DNA of 60,544 nt, counting the filler, from Gonapodya sp. JEL0774 (lineage: Eukaryota): the NCBI GenBank assembly GCA_027604505.1. It is 10 parts of 10 records of this genome, joined end to end, with 100 filler letters (N's around TTAATTAATTAA, not from the genome) between each part and the next. Parts side by side here need not be neighbours in the genome. Positions count along the whole stretch, not along the records: positions 1 to 6,008 come from JADIIX010000641.1; positions 6,109 to 12,112 come from JADIIX010000642.1; 8 more parts are not named here. One strand, given 5' to 3'. The position numbers were made by a program, and so were the translations under genes. Under the pieces are notes generated by a model, which worked only from the letters and a program-made list of their open reading frames with translations, was not told the DNA's origin and ran no database searches. The first letter of the stretch is position 1. Each line of letters opens with the position of its first letter. This document shows, one piece after another, positions 1 through 12,212 of the stretch.

Positions 1-303
1 CCCGTGTCATGTCTCCCGTGGTCTTTTCAATTCTTGGTGCCGGATAGGCTCCTGTGGTAGGCTTCCTCAACCATGCCGAACCCCCCGCAGGCCTGCATTC
101 CCGAATATTGGATAGTGCCCGTTCTTTGTAAAGAAGCAATTTCACAGCAGTTCAATTTGCCAACAGCTTACAATAATGAGTCTCATTACATTTTCAAAGT
201 ACTGACACGATTGTATTGCGATCAACATCTCCGTCTTTTATCCTCACCTCAACCCATGTGTCAACGGAACCGCACGTAGCCCTCCAATCCAGATGAAAAA
301 CAA

Positions 304-2739
304 CTAGAAACCCCCGCCTCCAAAATCACCTCCGCCTCCACCAAAATCACCGCCGAAGCCGCCGCCGCCACCAAAATCGCCTCCTCCTCCTCCCCAGTCC
401 CCGCCCTAGTGAGTGAGAGAGACAAGTATGTGTGAATACGATCTTTGATGTGAAGTATCGTAAGCTCAAAGAACACTCACAAATCCTCCCCCTCCAAAAT
501 CTCCACCACCACCACCGAAGTCTCCACCTCCCCCTCCAAAATCTCCTCCACCGTAACCGAAATCTCCACCCTGCGCCACAATAGCACCCAAAACAAACGG
601 TGTGTTGAAGTTAGTTTCTCTTTCATGAACGTCACAGTCACGGACAGGCAACGCGACGAAACCACTTACCACATAACCCCCCGCATCTCCACCCCAATCG
701 CCTCCACCAAAGCCACCTCCGTGGTCAAATCCAACATCTCCCGGTCCGAAATAGCCTGCGCCACCGAAATCACCACCGAACCCGCTGATTATCGCGTTCG
801 AGATCAGTTGGACCTCGGCGGATTACCATTGCGATCGAAACTCACTAGCCGTAATCAAAGCCACCAATCCAGCCGTACCCGAATCCGTAGCCATAGAAGG
901 GGCTCCACATCAAGCTCATCAACATAAGTGCGGTCTGTGAAGTAAGGTTTTTGCATTCAGTTTGGCGACTGGTCTGCTGATGACGATTCGTACCCACCGG
1001 ATCATAATAACCGTACCCGTAGCCATAGCACGGTACAACATCAACTATCGCATACGGGCTCCGCACGCCCTGTCCCATGACTTTGTACACTCCTCGGAAC
1101 ACGGCTCCCACCTGAACGGCCCACCTTGTGCGCGTTTGGTCATCGAGCGGTGGAAGGCCCGGTGGAGGTGGTGCGGTCTCCTGGAGTTGGTACAGAGGGG
1201 TGGCCGAAACTTGAGGTACGCTCAGTTCCTGACCGCTAAACTTTGCGGGCGGCCGGAAGGTGGGATACGATGTTGGAGGTGTGGTCGATCGAATAAGAAA
1301 GATGATATGATGGTCTGGGACTGAAACATTGACGTGGGGGACGAAAAAAGTGAGTATCGATGAGAGCTCTTCGTGTGGTATGACGTCTCACCTCCTCCAA
1401 CGTCAATAACGGCAACTCTCGCCTTTCCGTTCGCACAAAGTGGCTGGAAGAACCTCGTTGAGAGAATTTGTGCCCACATGGCTTCTGTTTTGTTTGGAAA
1501 GAGTTTTCTGGCTTCCTTGAAGATCTCGGGGTCCGAAAAGAGGAAGTGCTTTCCACCGAAAGGGAAAATATAGAGCGTCAGTAAGCGGCTGCCTGTAGAT
1601 TCAGCTTAGCAAACGAGAGGGCCAAGGTCTTACAAGACGGAAAATCGTAGGCTTTGTACCCTTTGGTAGTTTCTTTTGCAAGGGTCGCAAAGAACTGACT
1701 CGAGGGACATACCTGTAGATTACGGCACCCACAAACAGATGGTCAACAGGAGAACAACGGCAAGCCAGGTCCTATGATGACACAAGACTCACTGTAAGTA
1801 CATCATCCCACCATTACCTCGCTTGCTCTTATAGCCACATTTTTGTTCGGCGAGGTTGTTGTTAGCGAGTGGTCCGACTATTTGCAGGTCTGCAGGCTCC
1901 CTGAAGACCAAGCTTAGAGTCCGGAGTCCCGGCTTCTGTGGATCTGGTGATGTAGCGTCGGCAATGTGAAGGAGTTCGGTGTAGGACGACGCTGCTCGTG
2001 GAGGTGCGGCTGGCGCAGGCACATGATTCACATCGCCGGAAATGGCAGAATATGCAGGAGGAGCGCCCGCAGTTTGGTCTGCTGCTCGTATAGCGGCAGC
2101 GTACTCTTCACCGAGCACGATAAAGGGCATAACTGGATTCCCGAAGAGGTTGAGTGTGGCTACTGACAGACGAGGAAGCACATAAACGAAACATACCTGC
2201 AGTTTTCCTAGCTGTATGATTGCTACTGAGACCCCAACCATCTGTGAAAACGCGTGTGGAGTGATCTGTCTCCGTTGCCCCCCTGAACAGCCGATGAGAA
2301 CTAGTACGCACCTCCATAGTTGACGTGGACTTCAACGACATCTCCAACAGCCACAAGAAGCTCTGATGGAAGAAAACAAATCTATCTGAAATGAAGTTGC
2401 AGCTCATATGCAGCAAGTGTGACGGAGAACTCACCGTCCTGAGAGCGGGGCTCGTGAGAATGACGTGCATTGAAACGCTTTCCGATTGGGTTGAAGTTGG
2501 GTTCAATCGGCGGATCAGGGACGGCACTCGCTACTGGTGGAGCGGATTCTGGAGCTTGTTGGATCTGTGGACCGGATGTGAGGGAGGTTGATAGGGCAAA
2601 CCACTGTCAGCGATGGGGTTGATCACTTCCATGGGCTCACAGAGCTCACAGGAGGAGGGCCTGGTGGAGGCCCTGGTGGTGGGGGCCCAGTGGGTGGAGC
2701 AGGAGCGACTGAGTAGAAAGGGTTCGCCGTCGCTGCCAT
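304..2739 (-). CDS. Multi-exon SH3-domain protein with Pro-rich N-terminus and Gly/Asp/Phe (GGGDF) low-complexity C-terminus
   Basis: ATG at 2739 (MAATANPF...PPPGPPP). Spliced exons read FNARHSHEPRSQD/ELLVAVGDVVEVHVNYG/DGWGLSSNHTARKTAV/MPFIVL, an SH3-like pattern. Later exons are Tyr/Gly-rich, then GGGDF repeats end at TAG 304-306. Internal exon boundaries are approximate. Confidence 0.65.
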
Positions 2740-2957
2740 GGGTCGATGTGATGGTCTGATGTTTTGCGTGACGCTGTCTATATATCCTCTATATGAGCAG
2801 GTCGATGATCCACAGACATGTGCACACGAAAAGAGTTCAGCCGTTGCCTGACCCGAACCTCGCACAGCCTTCAAAAGTACGGAGAAACTTGATTTAATCC
2901 TTCCTCTTTTCACCATCTCCAGACTCCAGAGTATTCATCGATTGATCATAAGCCGCG

Positions 2958-3461
2958 ATGCCCATCGACCATGTAAGCCTTTCCGTCTCCTCTGTCAGCG
3001 AGTCCCGGGACTTCTATCTCCGAGCTCTGGCTCCACTCGGCTACAAGATTTTCAAGGAGATCAAACACTCCAACGACGGTAATTCGGAGATCCTTGTCGT
3101 CGGCCTGACAGCGGGCTACTCAGCAGACTTCTGGCTGGCTCCGGGGGTATCGAACGGATCACATATTGCGTTTTCCGCGAAGTCTCGGGCGCAGGTGGAC
3201 GAATTCTACAAAGCAGCTATCGCGGCTGGTGGGAAAGACAATGGAGGGCCTGGAATCCGAACATATCATAAAGTGAGTACTGACGCCTCACTCTACCGAA
3301 ATTTCAGTGACTGTGATGATGAATGACGTGGACGGCGGTTCACGTTGTCGTGTTCCACTCAGGGTTACTATGCCGCATTCGTACTCGACCCGAACGGATA
3401 CAATGTGGAGTGTGTCTATCACGACTTTTCTGCAATGCTGTGGGGTTGGTTGGGTTGGTGA
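2958..3461 (+). CDS. Glyoxalase/VOC-family protein (2 exons: 2958-3272, 3363-3461)
   Basis: IDHVSLSV, HIAFSA, GGKDNGGPGIR, then after a GT-AG intron GYYAAFVLDPNGYNVECV, the classic VOC motifs. Confidence 0.9.
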
Positions 3462-4471
3462 AATCAACAATCAGGAGCGGGTTCGATTCCGTCCCATTAG
3501 TCTTGAAAATGGCTACTAGCACATATATATTTTTTTTGTTTGGATCGATCGTTGACAATATTATGTCTCATACAACGCGAAAGTACATAGACACCGGCAA
3601 CCAGCACCCTTCCATTCTGCCATCCATATCTGCACTATAAGTCAGCTAAACACGAGAAGCGGCAAATAGGAGGTATTCTACTGGAACATATGTTGTGCGC
3701 GCGCAGGAGACGCAACTAACAACGATGTCAGTGGGGGTAAGAGGATCACCAAGCATGAACTTCGACCATCACAAGACGTAATGAAGTTATCGCAAGCTAG
3801 GGGAACTTCGCACTCCTCCTTCATCCCCTCCTCTTTCCCGCACCATGGCCCATCGTGTCATGCTTGCGATAACTTCAAGGGGACATCAAATTATGAAGAA
3901 TTTGTGGATTATATGATCTGTTGTTCCTGCAAAACTAATCTGAATGCCCTAGTGGCACAGTGGTAGCGCGCCACTCTCGTAAAGTGGAGGTCCAGTGTTC
4001 AATCCACTGCTGGGGCATATTTTTGACTAAGATCCCGGGCGACAGTGAACTCCGATTTTCGCCACGCTCACTTTCTGATTCTGTGTTCAGCATAATAATC
4101 CGAGCATACGTGTTCCGTTCTTGGCACAAATCCATGCGCTAAAGAGCTGCCCCCTCAGCTCGAGAGGGATCGGTGCTGCTCGTGATCATGCTGTGCGATA
4201 AGCTTGTAGGGTTTGACGTCTTATCAAATCTTTTGGGAAATTTATGAGCAACATAAAACCAATAGTGAGGCTTGCAGGCTTGGGGCTCAGACCAAATCGG
4301 CAAAAAAGGACAAGAGGCAACAATGGTGGAACAGCGGGCCGGTCTTCGATCAGTCAAGCCAAACCCACCTCCACATACTCCTGAAACCCCACGCACTGCT
4401 CGCCCCCTGCTACCTCATTGTGCGCCCACCTCGCCAATTTTTGCTACAGTTTCCCGCTCAAGTGCCAGACA

Positions 4472-6008
4472 ATGTCGGAAGAGCCTATCGATCACGACGC
4501 CATTGCTCTTGCCAAGCTCGGATAGTGGGTTCCGACACGCAACTCTCTCCATGAGATCCCAGCTCACTCTTCTGCTTCGAACTCTTCCACCGAAACTGTT
4601 TTCTTTTCCCTGATTCGTAATCGTATATGATCCTCTCAGTCGGCAGAGGTGTGTGACAATCAGCAGATCGGTGGCGCAACGGAAATACGATCATTGGATC
4701 CACTGACACTCGTTGATCCTTCAATATTCAGTTTCTCGCGAGGTCTCGGCGTCTTTGAGAACTTCGCAGCTTCGTTCTCCACCAGTGAGTTGCCAGTGTA
4801 CACTTCAAATGCGATTTTATATATTAGGCTGTGGCTGTTATGTCGCTGATTGCTCTGTTCTTGATAACCCATCTGCAATCAATCAATCACTACAGTCGCC
4901 TTCACTGTCGGCGTGCCCCAACTCTTTGGATATGCCCTGTACACAGGTAAGCTCCGAGTCCCATTGGCTCTACTGTTGTCACTTCGATCATGTGACGTGA
5001 ACGTCTCTCTCCATCGCCATCATCAACAGGCGGCCCCTTGGCTGGTGAGTTCCCTGAAACATTTTGTAAATCCCCGACGCCCAACCTTAAGCATGGTGTG
5101 ATTAGCGTGGGTGAACTGGATCATTGTCGGATTGTTGGCCTTTTCAATTTCACTGTGTATGGCGGAGATCTGCTCCTCCATGCCCACAGCTGGTAGTATC
5201 TACGTGAGTGTTTGTATGATGGAAGCTTGATGAGAATGAGCAGGTATCGGATTTTTTCTCTACCTTTCTTACACTCCACTCGGCTTGTCCTCCATTCTTT
5301 ACATGCTAGTTCTGGTCGGCGAAACTTGGCGGTGACACTTATGGACCCTTCCTCGCTTGGCTCACGGCATGGTAGGCTCTAAACTCTTCCAGCACCGTTA
5401 TTTTATCTCGAATGCGTTCCGTTTACACCAGGTGGAACGTGCTCGGGTGGATCGTCACGTCTCCTGCTGTTCAGCAAGGTGGCACCCTCATTCTTGTCTC
5501 AGCTCTCATGATCGCCAACCCGGACGTTGAAATCAAGGCGTGGCACCAATTTCTCTTGACATCTGCGGGCTTACTGTACGGGACTCTCATCAACATCTCG
5601 AACGAGGTAGTTCTGAAATGGTTCTACCGTATCAGTAGCATCCTCGTACTCATTCTGTACATTTTGTTCATCGTGAGTGATTCGTAGCCTACCCCACTTT
5701 TGACTTTCTCTCGTCCAGAAGCTCACGCTGCTAACGTTGTATTTGAAGACCTGGGTACCCGCGAAAGCCCCAGCGTTCAACTCGGGCGAGTTCTTCACAA
5801 CGTATGTCAACGGAACTGGCTTCAGCGACGGCTATGCGTGGATGATCGGTCTCCTATTTCCTGCATGTGTGTGACAATGTCGCTTCAAAGGGGAAGATTC
5901 GAAGAATAGCGCGAGCTTATCGTTCCTCGTGACTACAGGGACTTTCTATGGATACGATGCCAGTGCCCATGTTGGTGAGAATTATCTGTGTTGTGAATGT
6001 TCATGAGT
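4472..6008 (+). CDS. APC-superfamily amino acid/GABA/polyamine-type permease, 3' end cut by the contig end
   Basis: MSEEPIDHDAIALAKLGYRQSFSRGLGVFENFAASFST...GGPLA...MAEICSSMPTAGSIY...FWSAKL...TFYGYDASAHV, assembled over many short exons. Confidence 0.9.
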
Positions 6009-6108
6009 NNNNNNNNNNNNNNNNNNNNNNNNNNNNNNNNNNNNNNNNNNNNTTAATTAATTAANNNNNNNNNNNNNNNNNNNNNNNNNNNNNNNNNNNN
6101 NNNNNNNN
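6009..6108. other. Artificial contig spacer
   Basis: 44 N + TTAATTAATTAA (stops in all six frames) + 44 N. Confidence 0.99.
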
Positions 6109-6443
6109 GCCCTTCCCGCCACGATATACATCCTCCGCAAGATTCCAGAAGTTTTCTTTCATATTGGACTGTGGCTGTGACACAACTGCTGATTCGCAAG
6201 TGGGTTTCATTTTACCATATTTTGGAAAGGCGAGTTACTATACGCCCCCATCTTCGCATATCGAGCGGAATTTTGAGAGCTGCTTCCACATGGACGCACG
6301 TCCTTTTATACAATCGGCAGTCTCCAGGGGTCACCTGTATTTGGATGTTGTACCTGTCGGATCGGGCTGCCACCACGAAATGCCGAACAGGCAATTTTAA
6401 CTTATCACAACACACGGTTTCCTGAGAGAGATTCCTCCTGCTC

Positions 6444-8329
6444 ATGGCTTTGCAAAGTTCTAATGGTTCACGCGATATCGAAGATCCCAACAAGATGACT
6501 TTTCTCACCGGAAAGGCAACTGGACCGTTAGCATTCAGGGTCACGCTCCGCACAATCCTCCTGGGACAATCAGCCGGCGCGAGGGAAAAACTACCTCTGC
6601 AAAGTAATGACGACAATGTCGGATATCCTGATGGTGGATTTGGGTGGGCTGTAGCGGCGGCGGCATTCACGACGGCTTTCTTCACCGGGGGGTGAGTGAA
6701 ACTGTGGAGTGATTTATGAGAGTACTGCTCGTTCACCGAGAACTGACCATCTTTGCAAATATGTAATGCTTCTTGTGCTTCCTCCCAGAGCGCAATTCAG
6801 TTACGGCATATACCAGCGGTGAGCTCAAATGTCTGCAATGAATCTGGTGTGAATTAAACTTTTAGCTAATGCGTAAACCTACCATCTCATCCAACAACAG
6901 GTTCTACGTCGCCTCACAGACCTTTCCTGGTTCCAGCAATGTTGCGATTGCCTTTGTTGGCGGGCTATCAAACGCGGTCTTCCCCCTCTTTGGTCCGTTC
7001 GCCGCCAAATTTGCGAATCGATTCGGATACCGCAACGCTGCCCTTGCTGGCAGTTTCATTATCTTTATCAGCTTGATGCTTGCTTCGTTTGCGTCGCAGT
7101 TGTGGCAATTGTTTCTTACGCAGGTGAGACTGATTGGTCATCGTATAAACAAGGATCGAATATAATCTAGTGGATTCATTTGCATTTCGCAGGGATTTCT
7201 TTTCGGCACTGGTTATTCTCTTTTATTTTGCGTGAACGTTTCCGCTGTGACCCAGTGGTTCGAGAGACGAAGAGGGACCGCTCTCGGGCTCAGCATGGCG
7301 GGCGGTGGTATTGGAGGTTTAGCTTTGTCGAATTTGACGCAATACCTTTTGGATAATGTGGGCCTTCCGTGGACATTGCGAATATCAGCGTTCATGGCTG
7401 GAGTGAGTGGCCGTGACGTGAGTTCTGGCGAGTGAGTGACAGATCACAGACTTTTGCGATATCCTTCAGGGTGCCTGCGCCATCTCTTCCCTCTTTTTCA
7501 TCGAGAGGTTCCGTCCGTCACCCTCACCGTCAGCGGCGAAACCCTTTTCATTCCGATGGGACTACTTCCGGGACCTTAACTTCACACTCCTGTTCGTATC
7601 GGGTATTCTCGGTCCGTTTGGGTATTTTGGAGCATTTTACTACGTCCCTGTATTCGGCCAAGAGCAGCTGGGCCTCTCCCCATCGTCGGGCGCCCTGTTG
7701 GTCTCCCTCCAGAACGGGATGGTGGCAGTTGGTGGGCTTGGAATGGCGATGCTGAGTGACATTCTTGGACCAGCAAATATACTGGTGACATCCAGTATAG
7801 CGATTGTTGTGTCGTTGTACGCATTTTGGGTGAGTGGGTTCCGGTTCTTTGTTGTTGTTCATGGATAGCTTAGGTATCGAGAACCATCTTGCAGACCACC
7901 GCGAGTTCCTACGGCATGCTTCTTTTCTTCTCTCTATGGTATGGTTTCTTCGGAGGTGAGTTTTGTATTCTTTCGTCAGCCCAAAGGAACGAATAGTCTA
8001 CGTCGCGTATCCTGGCATTGCGCCTGTCATTTATCACAGGGGGGTTCACCTCTGTCTTGCCCCTCGTCGTTGCTCGCGCCCTCGGCTCCGAGAATTTCAT
8101 TGAAAAATGGGGCCTCTTTGGCTCTTCGTGGTCGATCGGCTTACTCTGTGGGGCTAGTATCGCGGGAGCCATCCTCGACACGAGAACTGTCGTCGGAGCT
8201 GACGGGTCGAAAAAGATAGACTTTGTACCGATGATTTTGTACTGCGCAAGCATGCTCGCAGCACAGATGGTTGTCTTGATTGTGATACGGATACGGTTGG
8301 CGAAGGAAACCAATATAATGGGGGTTTAG
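6444..8329 (+). CDS. MFS monocarboxylate-transporter-like (MCT/MCH family) protein
   Basis: YPDGGFGW N-terminal motif, ANRFGYR, QWFERRRGTALGLSMAGGGIGG and many TM exons. Ends ...IMGV*. Confidence 0.9.
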
Positions 8330-8738
8330 ACTGCAGCGCTAGAGCGTTGCGCAAAAATTGGTATCTGATGTCACTTGTCTGTTTCTGTCAGAGGATGAGT
8401 GGAGGTTAGTACATAGTTGGTTCGTTTCCAAGAAGCGTTACATTATTCACTGGATGTAGCTCACTCCATTCATCGGATCGCGCTTTACCACGTAGACTGC
8501 GTATTTCTCAACAGCGCAATCGTTTCAATGGACTTAGGAATGTTAACAGGTGATCCTGAACTGAGAGTGGCTCATGATCATCAGGCCTCACCACCCATCT
8601 GCACCGCCCACTTCTCGGGCGCAAAACCTAAAACGCTGCAGTCGCGCCAGGGTTTGGACTGTTGTATCACTTGTTCTTGCACTCGAAATCCAAGCATTCC
8701 ACCTTCGCGATATTTGGAGGATCGTACCTTGAAGCAAA

Positions 8739-10573
8739 ATGCGAGCTACACTCGCACTGTTTGCTCTAATTCTCGTCGTGGCAAGTCATTCCGAAGCCTC
8801 TGAAGTCGACGATCCGTTGAACACACGGGATCTTGAAAGCGAAGGGAGACACAGTGAGCGCCTTCGCTCAGAGGGTTTTGGAATGCGCTGTGAGCCTTAC
8901 GAGTGTGCAACTCCCCAATCCGCCAACTGCTAGCTGCAAGCCATATTCTTGAGAAACGGAATGTGAGTCACCATGCCTGGTTTCCGATCTCGTGACATTG
9001 CTTCGTGTGTACCTGGATGTGATGAGCGCTCATACAGGTGCACATGATCCCACACTTACAGGTCCATGTCGCCCCGAGGAAGACAATTCTTTGTCCTGTC
9101 GATCCTGATGGTACAGACTCCTGTGGTTCACTTCCTCCACCTCCGTCACCACCTCCCCGACTGCCCCCTCCTCCACCACCACCTCCACCTGTTCCGACTG
9201 TTCCCATCATTTCCAGCCCGTCGGTGAGCAGACGTTTCCATGCTCAAATCGACGAGTGAACTAATGTTACCTTCTCTTACTCACTCAGAATGGTACCTGT
9301 TGCGCCAACTCAGGATGGTGGTGCCGGGGAGGGCGCTGCTACCGGTGTCCTTCAAGTTATCCATATGGCTGCGCACGTGGGTATTTGACAGTGCTCTTTG
9401 AATGTTTTGAGGCTTCCATTGATGGTTTTACTGACATGAGTGTTGTTTAGAAACAACGGAAGACCGATCCACGACTGCGTGTTATAGCAGTCCTTGCCCT
9501 TCAGTCGGGTTAGTGCAAGCGTTCGGTGGGAGCACTGATGACTATACATGTTGTGTGAGTCGCAAATCCCGTTTACAGTAATTGCAGAGAGTGGAAACGC
9601 GACTTCGATTCTTCCACAGACGCAAACTATTTCTCTAAGTCGGAAACCATCGGCAAGTTATGAGTCTCAGTAATGTAATTGACGATGTTTGGGTCACGTG
9701 TTCCGCTTTGCCCACAGGCGGGAGAATGTTGTCGTAAAACCCGTTCGGATTATTCGTGGTGTTTAAATTCTTTCTGCAACGCGCAATGTCCTTCGGATTT
9801 CCCGTATTTGTGCACCGGTAAGATATGATAGTGTTCTGTTCTACAGTGTTGGCAAATGTTTATATTTTGCATCATCACACACGGTTTGTCAGGACCAAGT
9901 AACAATACGAACGTTCCCAACATCTTTTGCTCGCGGCAGTTTTGCACTACTCTGGGGTACCAGTTATGGTTTGTCACTGTGGACGATGGGACTTGCTGTG
10001 TGAGTTTATCACCCAAAATGGTTTATCCTGACTTGCTTTGGTTCCGGGCTCTATCTCATGCTGAGGTGCTCCTGGTCTTGTTTTGACCACATACACAGCC
10101 ACATGGTGCGTACCCCATAACTATAACGCGTTCAGTAAGTTGAAAGTTTGCGTCTGTGAGTGTGCCAGCGCATACGGCCTGATCTGAGCACCGGAACTGC
10201 ACCCAATTGACAGACCACATGTTGCGATCAAGAAGCAATCGGTTGCAAAGCACCCGGATATTGCTATAAATGTCCATATCATCTGCCGACTGCTTGTCTC
10301 GGTAAGTGGTCTTTCCTTATTCGCTCCGCTTCAACGAAAGGTGTCAAATACTGAATGATGATTCCTGCATCTCCCTTCAGATCCCACTTCACCGACTGGG
10401 AGCATCTCGTGCCATGACTATTCATCGTCGTGTGCCTGGAAAGGTTTGGTCGATGCCTTTAACGCGTCAGACACCAGATGCTTTTGCGTGAGTCTCCTTG
10501 CATTCACTGCCGTTTTCATGGAGCTTTCAACATACGTGATCACTAAATACATTCTCTCCTATCACAGAAATAA
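8739..10573 (+). CDS. Secreted protein A: signal peptide, poly-Pro linker and three 10-Cys repeat modules
   Basis: Signal-like MRATLALFALILVVASHSEA, then PRK-TILCPVDPDG and poly-Pro. Spliced modules TCC..C..CY.CP..P..C...C....C...CC occur three times. Last exon reads AAA TAA at 10568-10573. Confidence 0.7.
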
Positions 10574-11164
10574 CGTGGATGGGGGAAGTCAGCGCACCGT
10601 ATTCAATCGGTTGACTGTGAAGTATTGTGATGCATTTGGGCATTCAGACATCGACTGGAGCAGAGAACCGTCAACCGTTTGCTTTCTGACAATTTCAAGA
10701 TATTCTGTTTTGTGTAATCAGTTCTACGTATAAATCCAATCATTGTCTGCTGTGGTTTCAAGTGCAGCGCAAGTGCAATGTTCACCAGCCGATCATCAGC
10801 ATCAGAACTCGATCACATCGACTCTCGAAGCCCAATGGAAAGTTCAAGCTCGAAGCTCCCTTGCAAAGTTTCCCGTGACTGTTCGGACTTTACCTCCTTC
10901 ATTTGAATCCGTTCAAAGTGACCGCAGAACAGAGGAGGTTAGAATATTCGTCTGCCATGATGCGTATCCGATTTCCCAGACGAAACTCATCGTAATCTCC
11001 AATAATGCTGAGTGCATCACTCATCGATACAGCCAGTGCTGATCGGAACTGATGCCTGAACTGACGGGAATGCGTGCTTAGACGAGGCTTGACAAACTGG
11101 CAACGGTCGTTTTCTCATTCATTAGTAGACGAAACAAGTCAATAAATCCTTCGCCTCCTCCTCG

Positions 11165-12112
11165 ATGGGTCGCTCTTTACTCGTAAAGCGGAGAATGCCA
11201 AGGAACATCACCCTCTCGTTGTCGCTTATGCTTGTCTTCGTGGCTCTCATGTTGCCAAGAGATGTTAAGGGCGATCTGCATTCGCATGACGGCAGAACAG
11301 AATATGCAAACAGTGAGCGACAAAATTTTATGCGGATTGTTGGTTGCGATTCTGGATTCTGCCCAGCGAACTTCGATTGATTCTGCCATGACTTACATCA
11401 CTCCCACTCCGACCCACACATTAGATATGAACGACGTTCACGTAAAGCGTAATTTGAGTAAGCCAGTCAGATCTTCGAACATCTCGATTCCACTCTAGTT
11501 ATCACTGGTCACTGGACTCCGGAGAATGCATTTGTCAAACTATGCTATAATCGACATGCTTGTGTTCAACCCACAGATTCATAACGTACCGAGAAGAACA
11601 ATCCTTTGTCCTTTGGATCCTGATGGCACAAACCCCTGCGAGCCGGGCGGAATCCCACCACCTAGTGCGCCTCCACATCTACCACCTCCACCTCGACCAC
11701 CACCGCCTCCCCCCGTGGACCCCACTGTTGCCATTATCTCTCGCTCTTCGGTGAGTGGCAGATTTTCTGTGTGATGGGCTCTTTCTCTGAAAGCTACCGC
11801 CTTTCCGACACCAGTACAATGTGTGCTGTGCGCAAGGTTCGTTCTGCAGGAGAACGCTCTGCTACTCCTGTCCCTCGGACTATCCGAACGCTTGTGCGAG
11901 TGAGTTGTGTCTTCAAGGCTACAGATTTACTGGATTTTCTCTGATCGGTGCGAGCGCTATCAGAATCGATCGAAGATCTTTCATCGACAGCATGTCACAG
12001 CAAGCCCTGCTCATCAGTAGGTTTAGTGCAAGCGTTCACCGCAAATACTGATGATTATACGTGCTGTGTGAGTGGAGAATTCTTGTCAACTGCGATCATT
12101 CGACATATGCTC
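11165..12112 (+). CDS. Secreted protein B, tandem paralog of A, 3' end cut by the contig end
   Basis: Hydrophobic leader LSLMLVFVALML, PRR-TILCPLDPDG and poly-Pro. CCAQGSFCRRTLCYSCPSDYPNAC and STACHSKPCSSVGLVQAFTANTDDYTCC align with module 1 of gene A, with the same intron positions. Confidence 0.7.
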
Positions 12113-12212
12113 NNNNNNNNNNNNNNNNNNNNNNNNNNNNNNNNNNNNNNNNNNNNTTAATTAATTAANNNNNNNNNNNNNNNNNNNNNNNNNNNNNNNN
12201 NNNNNNNNNNNN
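12113..12212. other. Artificial contig spacer
   Basis: N44-TTAATTAATTAA-N44. Confidence 0.99.

Noticed and set aside
2958..3461. Glyoxalase as bacterial contamination
   Set aside because: It contains a canonical spliceosomal intron and sits among intron-rich genes.
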